DNA of 32,000 nucleotides from Dickeya solani IPO 2222 (GTDB lineage Bacteria; Pseudomonadota; Gammaproteobacteria; Enterobacterales; Enterobacteriaceae): NCBI RefSeq assembly GCF_001644705.1, contig NZ_CP015137.1, positions 4,680,001 to 4,712,000 of the forward strand, read 5' to 3'. Shown piece by piece: positions 15,426 to 25,000 of this stretch (position 1 is its first letter; each line of letters starts with the position of its first letter). The notes under the pieces were generated by a model. It saw only the letters and a program-made list of their open reading frames with translations, ran no database searches and was not told where the DNA came from. The position numbers and the translations under genes were made by a program.

Positions 15426-15448
15426 GATCCCGGCGAGGGGCCGGGATC
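15426..15448. terminator. Bidirectional hairpin between the SymE-like gene and cdiI
   Basis: gatcccggc-gaggg-gccgggatc. The arms are the same as at 13492-13517, and the flank ctgaccgNtaaaaatgaNgatcccggcg is conserved. Confidence 0.7.
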
Positions 15449-15464
15449 TTATAACAAATAGATC

Positions 15465-16013
15465 TCAGCTTCGATTTACTTCACCAATATACCAGTGTTC
15501 AGAATGGTAGAATTCACCCTCGTCATTCTCACTTTTTCTGAGCACTCCTAACTCTGAAAAACCATTTGGTAAATGTAAATTCCATTCATCAATCAGGCTA
15601 CGCTCATTTAATAGACTTATCTGACCAAAATGATTATTCCCTGGCTGAGTGTGAACATTAAAATATTCTTCATCCGTAAATAAGCATAGTTCGCTAGAAA
15701 ACATGTCAGGCAATACAATGCAACAAGTAACCCTTATATTTTTCTTACTATCTGGTTTAGCCTTGTAAATATTATAAGCTGCATCTATCAATGATTGTGC
15801 GCAAAGGGCTTGAGTTTCATAATTAGTTTGCTTTCCTTGAACCAAGGCCGTATGTACAGGGATTTTTACATTCCAGTAACCATAAGAGAAATCATCATCA
15901 GAGATGCTAGGGAATTGAGATATATACGATTCCGACCACTTTTTTAGCGCTCTTAATCTGCGAGGAATTCCCCGTAATTTTTTATTGCTTAACGCTAGCC
16001 TACGCATTGACAT
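15465..16013 (-). CDS. cdiI: CdiI immunity protein cognate to the full-length CdiA toxin (182 aa)
   Basis: Its ATG overlaps the cdiA stop (TAATG), which suggests translational coupling. It is AT-rich and has no signal peptide. This is the canonical position immediately after cdiA. Confidence 0.8.
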   Translation of the reverse strand: MSMRRLALSNKKLRGIPRRLRALKKWSESYISQFPSISDDDFSYGYWNVKIPVHTALVQGKQTNYETQALCAQSLIDAAYNIYKAKPDSKKNIRVTCCIVLPDMFSSELCLFTDEEYFNVHTQPGNNHFGQISLLNERSLIDEWNLHLPNGFSELGVLRKSENDEGEFYHSEHWYIGEVNRS

Positions 16014-19000
16014 TATAATTTCCTACCTTTAGCCGCATCAGTTTTAGTCTGATTTATAGTTCCATCGAGATTTAAGACAGATCTAAAATCCCCTCGTTTA
16101 TCAAAGACCTCAAGATGATCTTTATGTTGACCATCAAGATAAAACTGATCACCTTTCTTAATATAATCACCAATATCATCAGTAGCCTTATAGACACTTT
16201 GCCCTTGATATTGCTGGTTGGTTTTTTGAGTATTATCTTTAACTGTACTACCAAAGCCCGGTTGTTTCAGGAACTCCCCCATGTTACCAACAGCACCTTT
16301 ATTTGGTTGATACCCTCCAGCCAAATACGCCAAATCATCCTGACTCGGCCCATCCGGGATCTGCGTCGTGGTGGTGTTTCCGGCAGTTGATGGCGCTCCA
16401 TCGGTATTTCCGGTATTCGTTACTCCCTGACCTTGCGGCTGATTATTTCCTGTATGACTCGGTATTCCAGTTGGCTCCAGTTGCTGATTGCCACCAGTAT
16501 TCGTTAGGGATTGCCCGGCACTATTCAGTTGATCACCACCCGTATGCGACGGTGCGTATTTGTCCTGAAGTGAGCTGAGATACTTACCGGTGATTTCATC
16601 GTTACCCATCATTTGCAGAGTAATCAGATGATCCAGTTCATCCGATGTCATCTTATCTGCAACTTCTTTGAGTGCCACACCGGCCAGACCTGCGATGCCC
16701 GCTTTCGCACCTATCTCCAGCAACTGCTCTGCCACTTTCGTCCGGCAGGGAGCTGCAACCGCGCAGCCTCTGGCTAACAGACCCAGCGAGTTATTCTCCA
16801 CCTCATTCTTGGCGGTATTCGCCGCGCTTCCGGCCGCGGTCAGGTTGCCACCGGCTATGCCGCCCACGCCAGCGCCCGCTATCATCACCAGATTCGCCAC
16901 CAGCTGCTTTTGTTCCACCGTCAGCTCGTGCGCTTCCGGGTACAGCGCCTTCGCAATCAGCCCGCTCGCCGCCGCTGCGGTGAAACCGCCCAGCGCGCCT
17001 CCGGACACGCTACCGCCCTGAGACTGCGCCAGAAACGCCCCCAGTACCGTATGCAACGCCACTCGCATCGGCTCGTTACCGCCGCTCACCTCTTTCACCA
17101 GATTCGCCAGATACGGGGCCGCTGCACCGCTTACCGCGCCACTCAGGTTACCCCCCATCCCTCCGGACAAGGCTGCCGTCAGCGCCGTACCCGTCGTCCA
17201 GTAAGCGCTTCCCGGCCCGTAATTCGCCTCCGCCTGCCTGACTTCCTCGCTGCTCTTTATCCGGCTTTCCATTTCTCCAGCCGGTACGCCTTCCCGGCTC
17301 AGGCGCTGCGCTGCCGCCGTTTCAGCTTCGCGCTTTTTGTTCTCTCCATACGCGCCCATCGCCTGCACGCCCAGCGAGGTCATCTCTTTCTGGATCGTCA
17401 GCCGGTCTTCCACCTCACTGCGCGTAAACCCATCCGCCACAGACCCGAGCGCCCCGGACGTATCGCGGCTGAGCTGCGCGATGTCCTGCGGCTGCGACGC
17501 ATCACGAACCAGTATCGTTCCCGGTGCTACCGCTGAACGAGTCGTTCCCGATGCCTTACCCACGCTTTGCGACAAACCACCCACCGGCATGCTGTCCGTC
17601 GAAGCGCTAAGGCTTACCCCCCGGCCCTGATAGTTCGAGACGTTGGCTATGTCACGCCAGCCCAGCGTTCCCGTCTCCAGCCGGTTCTTCTCCGCCCCGG
17701 CCGTCGAGGCCAGCACGGCGCCGTCCAGTTGGGTATGCCCGCCAACCCGGATGGCAAACCCGTCCTCACCCGCTTTTACGCCGCTCTGTTCCGTCACCGA
17801 GGCATAGCGGTTATTCAGAATCTGCTGGCTCAGGCTGGCATTGCCCGCCACCGTCTGTCCGGCACAAATGGGCGGAACACAAATGCTGACATTGATGCCT
17901 GCACTGGTGTTCTTGCTGGCATACGTGGAGGTGTCCTGGACGCTGCTAATGTGCAGGTTGCCGCCGACATCCGCGCTGACCCGATTGCCGGAAACCACCG
18001 CGCCATCCAGCGTTGTATCACCGCCGCTGCTCAAATTCACCGCACCGGCCGCCGTAACCCGCGACACCTGATGATTCAAGCTGTTGCCGGCTTCCTGGCC
18101 TTTCTGCCCACTGGCGGACAGTTCAATGGTGAAGCCGTTCTGCGTACCGCCCAGACCGAAGCCCACACCCGCGCCAAACTGGCTACCGCTGCTGCTTCCG
18201 CTCACACTGTCCTGACTTTGCGCCGCTTTCAGCGTCAGCGTCCTGCCTGCCGCCAGATCAACATTTTGCCCCCGGATATCTACACCCGTCGCGCTAATGT
18301 CCTGAGCGGCCCTCACTTGCACATCCCCGTCGGCATACAGGGTACTGCCTTCGCGGCTAACTTTATCCTGCTGCTGCACACTGCGACTGCTGCCGCCCCC
18401 GGCGCTCACCGTTACTTTTATCGCTGAGCCGCTCATTTGGGTGACCGTAGTTTTTGTCGCCAGATTCAACGCGGCCTGTGCCGCATAAATCGCACTTAAC
18501 CTCGGGTCACGGTGGTCTTCTACTGACTGTGACAGTTTTTCAAGCGACTGCACCGCACTCACCACATAGCCAGACAAGGCCGTCGTCACTCCATACTGAC
18601 GGCTTTGCTGTTCACGTGTGCGATGTTCGGTATCGGTCGCCGGATCAAGCGTCACATTGCGGCCCGACAGCAGCAAGGACTGACCCGCACGGAAATCGGC
18701 GCCGGCAATCGCTACGTTTTCCCCGGCCGACACACGCACATTACCTTCACCGCTCTGTATATGACTTCTCAGCACACTTTGCTGGTTGACGTCATCCAGC
18801 GAATGATAAGTCGTTGACTTCCAACCCACAGTGCCGCTGTAGCCGTCGCCGCCCAGATCGCCAATCACACTGCGACTGCCGTTGATTTCACTGCGAGCGC
18901 GATTTTGCCCAGGAGTAATCACCACATTCCCATTGCTGGCCTGTAGCAGAACATCCTGTACCCCAGTTATCGCACTTCCCACAACGTGAATGTCGCCAGT

Positions 19001-22000
19001 CTGGCTGTTCAGCGTCACCGTCTGACCACTGATCGTACTAGGTGTTTGTCCCTGCGTATCCCCGGATTGCGTCTCGCGTGCGCGCTCACTGGCAAACGGC
19101 ACCATACCGACACCGTGATTAGGCCCACCGCCAATCTGACGAATAGCTGCACTAATGCCGGGCGTGGCCAGACTGAACGATGTTCCATGGCTGGAGGACT
19201 GCCGCCCGGTTTGTTCGGCATCACTGGCACTCTGCAGCACGATATTGCGCGCTGCGTTGAGGAGCACGTCGCCACCGGCATGTATCGCGCTACCCGAGGC
19301 TACAATATCGCCGCTCAGCGCATTTCCGGCCGCATCCTGCTGGCCGTTGCCGTTGGCGCGTAATTGAATATTGCCTGCAGCGGTCAGCGTGCTGCCGCTC
19401 TGGTAAACACCTTGGGTATGCTGTACCGACTGACTGATCTGACGGCCGACTGATATCGCTAGCTGCGGCACATCAAACACCATTGCCGCCATTTCGCCGG
19501 CAAACAATCGAGCTTTCTGCGTTGCCCCGTCCACGTTGGCGATATCGCGCAGGTTCTGATAGTTGTCGTACGGGGTACCTTTCAGTGCAATACCTATACC
19601 GCTGCTTTTCGTTTCAAGCCGGGTGGTGATGTCACGGGTATCGATCCCAGGGGCAACGGCAATATTTTCAGCAATAACGCTGATATTTCCAGTCTGATGC
19701 CCATCCGTTGGTGTCTGACTGGCAGCAATCACGTCACTGCCAATAATGGCGACATTTCTCCCGGCCTGAATCACCACATTGCCATCCGATGCGCCAACCA
19801 CGCTGCGCGCGGCGCTCTGGCGGGTTTCCGCACCGTCATATATGGCCTTGCTGGACTGTGACCCAATAGTGAATCCCAGACCGCCACTGCTCATCAAGCC
19901 GGATTTTTTTCTGGTCTGCTCTTCGTAATGCGATTGCTCTTCAATACCGGCGATCAGGTTGACATCGTTACCGGCTTTCAACGCAACCGACTTGTCTCCA
20001 GCAATCGCCGACGCTTGCAGATTGATGTCATGCCCCGCCGTCAGCGCCACGCTGCCCCCCGACAGCAGCGTCCCCTTCTCCGTCGTCTGCTGCGTGTCAC
20101 GCAGCGTGTGCGTGGTGCTCGTCGACAGGAACCCCTTCTTCACCGTCGTTTCTTCAAAAAAATCATGCCGGCTTTCCGTCGCCGACAGCAGGCTCAGGTC
20201 ACGCCCCGCCTGCGCCGTCAGCGCGCCACGCGTTTCCACCTGCGCCCCCTGCAGCGTCAGGTCCTGACCCGCCCGCAGGCTCAGCCCCTCCCCGGCATTC
20301 AGCACCGTCCCCTGCTGCGTCACCGTCTGCTGCCAGTCCAGATGCCGTTTCCACGCGTTCGAACTGAACTGCTCCTCACCGGCCGACAGCAGGCTCAGGT
20401 CACGCCCCGCCGACAGCCCCAGCGTCCCCGCCGCGCTCAGCTGCGCCGCCGTGCTGCTCAGGTCACGCCCGGCGCTCAGGCTCAGGTCGCCCCCGCTGGC
20501 CACCGTGCTCTGCACCAGCCCTTGACCGCGCCGCTCGGTGGTGGCCCCGCCATCCTGACGTACCGTGTCCGCCAGCGTGGTCAGCGCCGTCAGCCGGATG
20601 TCGTTGCCCGCCGCCAGCTGCAGCGGCCCGCCCGCGCTCAGCTGCGCCCCGTTCAGCGCGATATCGTGCCCCGCCTGCAGCGTCAGCGCGCTCTGCGCAT
20701 TAATCAATCCCGTTTGACCAATGTCAGTATGGTTTAATCGTTCACGTCCATTTCTGGATTCAAATTGCCACTGGTCTGTCGTCGTGGTGTTGACGATATC
20801 CCCGCCGACGCTCGCCAGCGTCACCGTATTGCCCTGTATCGTCGCGCTGCTGTTGGTCAGGTTGCCCAGCGCCACCAGATTCAGCGCGCCGCCCGCGTTC
20901 AGCAGCCCGCCCTCACTGTTGGTCAGGTTACCCCCGCTGGCGACAGCAAGGGCGTCCTGCGCCGTTATCGTGCTGCCGCGGTTGTCGATGTCCCCGCCCG
21001 CACTCAGGCTGACGCTGTTCGCCACGATGCGGCTGCCCTGCAGGTTGGTTTTATCCGCCTGCGCCAGGTACAGCTTCGGCGCCAGCACCGTCTGCCCGCC
21101 CACCGTGATGTTCTCCCACCACACCAGGCTGTGGCTCAGCCCCGCCACCTGCGCCGGCGTCAGGCTCACCCCCAGCTGCAGGTTCAGCCGGCTTTTCTCC
21201 GCCGCCGCGTTGTCCATCAGCTGCTGCATCTGCGCCAGCTCCGAGCCCACCCCGTTCAGGTAGCGCTGCCCGGTCTGGCTCAGCACCGCGTTGCTGATGT
21301 AGCGGGTGTCAAACGCCGCGTCGCCCAGAAAGCGGTAGTCGTGCTCGGCGTCCAGATTCAGTTTGCCCAGCAGGTAGGACGAGCCCAGCACCTGCGTCGG
21401 GTCGGTTAGCGTCGGGCTGCGCTCCACCGGCGCCGTGGTGCCCGGCGTCTGCCCCAGCAGGCCGCGCAGGTCGCCGAACAGGGCGTTGTCCACCTGACCG
21501 AGCTGACTCAGCGTGGGGTTGGTGCGTATCAGGTAGCGGCTGTCGCCGGCGGTGTCGGCCACGAACAGCCCGTTCTGGCTGGTCGGCAGCGGGTAGTCGG
21601 TGAGCGACGGGCTGCCCGGCTGTTGCAGCCCCTGAGCCAGCGCCGCCTGCAGGTCGCTCAGGGAGAGCGCGCCCGGGGCGACCGGCGTCAGGCTGGCCCC
21701 GGCCACCGGCGCGCCGCCGGCGGTGCCCAGCCCGGCAGGGATACCCACCGGGTTCAGCGTGCTGCCGGAAGAGGTACTGTTATCGCGGGTGACCGCACTG
21801 TAGCCGGCGTTCAGACTGCCCGCCTGGCCGGCCAGCGCCACGCCATTCCCCGCGCCTGACAACGTACTGCCGCTGACATTACCGGCAGCGCCGCCGTTCA
21901 GCCCGCGGTCGGCCTGCACGCCCACCGGGGCGAGCGCATTCACGCCCGCCAGTGTGGGGGTGGCCATCGCCGGCATAAAGCCGCCGCTGCCCGGCTGCAG

Positions 22001-25000
22001 ACTGGTGTTGCTGATATTCTGGGTGAAGCTGGCGGTTATCGCGCCGCCGGCCTGGATGGTCGCGGCGTAGGTTTGGCCGTTGATCAGCTCGCTGGTTGAC
22101 TCACCAGTGGGTTTATAATTGATAGAGTAATGTTTGTTTTGTATTCCGAATTTGTCTGCCAAATCAAGTTGCTTTGTTATTGGCGAACTGCCCCCACCCA
22201 CATAAGCACTTTGATCATCACTAGCGAAGTCATTAATCCAACTCCATGTTCCATAAACAAACTCAACACTATCATATCGATATGTAATGTATCGTTTTAA
22301 ATCACCCGCCTGATAAGTCCTGTTATTAAGACTGTCTCCATATAAAACGATATTGTTGCGCGCATAAATAGCTGAGGCATCATTTAACAATACATTTGAG
22401 GTAATTAACGCATCATTTGCTGAATTAATTCTCGCCTCACCTCCTTGTGCTGATACAGATACTGACTTACTTGCAAGAGATACTTTCTGGATAGCAGCCT
22501 TGGCAAAGGGGGCTAATAAATACCCAACTGAATCACCGCAACTCGCGCCACTGGCTTTCCCCCCTCTGAGGCAACCAGTGTAAAATTCAGCTATACCCAG
22601 TTCGCCTTCTTTGAACCATGTAAGAGGAATCTCAACACGATCTCCTCCGACCCAATCGGGTACAACCTCAGTCGTACTCTCGCCTTCCGTCACCACCAGC
22701 CCCTCCCGCTGGTTGGTCAGCGTCCCGGTACTGATGCGGATATCCCCCCGCTGCGTCTCTATCGTCCCCGAACTGTTCAGCACGCTGTCGCTGGCATTGC
22801 CCGCCGCGTCACGCTGTATCCACAGGCTGTTGCCCGCCAGGATGTTCCCGAACCGGTTCACCAGCGCCGCCGACAGCAGCTGCAGGTCGCCCCCGCCATA
22901 CAGCAGGCTGCCGTTCTCTATCAGCCCGCCCGCCTGCACCAGCAGGTCGCCCGCCGTCCCCACAAAACCCCGGTTGACGATGCTGCCGCCCGCCAGCAGG
23001 CGCAGCGGCCCGCCGCCCTGGATACTGCCGCTTTCCGCCTGGGTTATCGTCGCCGCCGACAGCAGGCTGTTGCCGCCGCCCGCCACGATGCGACCCTGCT
23101 GCGTCAGCGTGCCGGTGCTCGTCACCGTCACCCCGTTGCCCTGCAGCGTTCCCGCCTGCACCAGGTCCCCGGTCACGGCCAGCGTCAGCTGGCCCCCCGC
23201 CGCCAGCGCGCGCGTCAGGGTGAACGGGCCGCCAATGTCCGCCCGCAGGTCGCCCAGCGCCGCCAGCTGGCCGTCCTGCGTCAGTTGCCCGGTGCGCAGC
23301 TGCAGCCCGCCCGCGCTGTACAGCCGCGCCCCGTCCGCGTTGTTGAGGCTGGCCGCCTGCAGCGCCAGCCGCGTCAGCCCCAGCAGCGTGCCCCGGTTGT
23401 CCAGCGCGCCGTCGGTGGTGATGTCCAGCTGCCCCGCCTGCACCGTGCCGTGGTTGGTCCACTGCGGCAGGTGCAGCGTCAGCCCGTTCTGCGCCTGCAG
23501 CGTGCCGCTGTTGTCCAGCTGCGCGGTGGTCAGCGTCAGGTCCTGCCCCTGCACCCAGCCGGCGTTGGTCAGTTGTGTCGCGCCCAGCGTCAGTTGTCCG
23601 CCCGACAGCAGCTGCCCGCCGCTCTGGTTGTCCAGCAGGGTGCCGCCCTGCACCGTCAGCCCGCTGCGGCCCTGTATCTGCCCGCCGTTGCTGACCGTCG
23701 CGCCGCCCAGCGACACCGTCCCGCCGAGCAGCGTCGCCCCGGCGGTGTTCTCCAGTTGCTCATCCAGCGTGACGTTCAGCTGCCCGGCGCCGGTAATGCC
23801 GCCCTGATTGCGCAGGCGCGCGGCACGCAGCGTCACGTCCTGCGCCTGCAGGTGTCCGGCCTGGTCTATCGTCGCCGCACTCAGGCTGAACGCGCCGTTG
23901 CCCCCCACCTGGCTGCCCGCCTCGCCCACATAGGTGCCGGTCAGTTGGATGTTGCCGTCGTCCAGCCCCAGCAGCGTGCCCGGGTTGCGCAGCCGGTCCG
24001 CGGTCAGCGTCAGCCGGCCCGACTGCCACAGCCCCTGGTTCAGCAGCGTGCCGGTGGCGAGACTGCCGGCGCCGCCGCTCAGCAGCCGTCCGCCGGCCTG
24101 ATTGGTGACAGCGTCACTGAACTGCGCGTCAAAGCCGCCCAGCGCGGTCAGCGTCCCGCCGTTGTCGAACTGCCGCCCGCGCAGCGTCGCCATGCCCGGC
24201 GTGGTGAGCTGCCCCAGGTTGGTCAGGCTGGCCGCGTCAATCGTCAGGCCTGTCAGCCCGACCAGCCCGCCGCGGTTGGTCAATGCCGTACCGCTCACGT
24301 TCAACACACCGGCCTGCCACAGCCCGGCGTTATCGGCATTATCGATGGCCAGCGTCGCCGTGCCGCCGCTCAGCAACTGACTGCTGTCGGTGCCGGTATA
24401 GCGCGACACCCCGTTCAGCGTCAGCGCCGCCGTGCCCTGCATTCTGCCTGCGTTGGTGACCGTGTCCGCCCGCAGCGTCAGCGTATCTGCCTGCACGCTG
24501 CCCGCGTTATCCAGCTGTTGCGCCGTCACGCCGGCCGTGCCGTTGCCCAGCAGCGACCCGCCGGCGGTGTTGGTCAGCTGTCCCCGGCTGGTGACGTCCA
24601 GCTGCGACAGCCCCACCAGCCGCCCGCCGTTGGTCAGCGTGCCGGTGGTAAGCCACAGCCGGTCGCCGCCGATATCGCCCTGCTGCGTCACCGTGTCCGC
24701 CGTCAGCGTCACCGCCCCGTTGCCCAGCACCTGACTGCCCGCCCCGCCGGTATAGCCCTGCGTCAGGGTCAGCGTGATGCCGTCCGTGCCCAGCAGCGCG
24801 CCGCCGTTGTCCAGCGACGCCGCGCTCAGCAGCAGGTTTTTCCCCTGCCACTGTCCCCGGCTGTTCACCGACCCGGCCTGCACCTGCCAGTCGCCGTTGC
24901 TCAGCAGACGCCCGTCCGCGCCCACACGCAGCCCGCCGCCCAGTGTCAGCACGCCGCCCTGCTCCGCCAGCAGCGTGCCGCGGTTGTCCAGACTGTCGCC

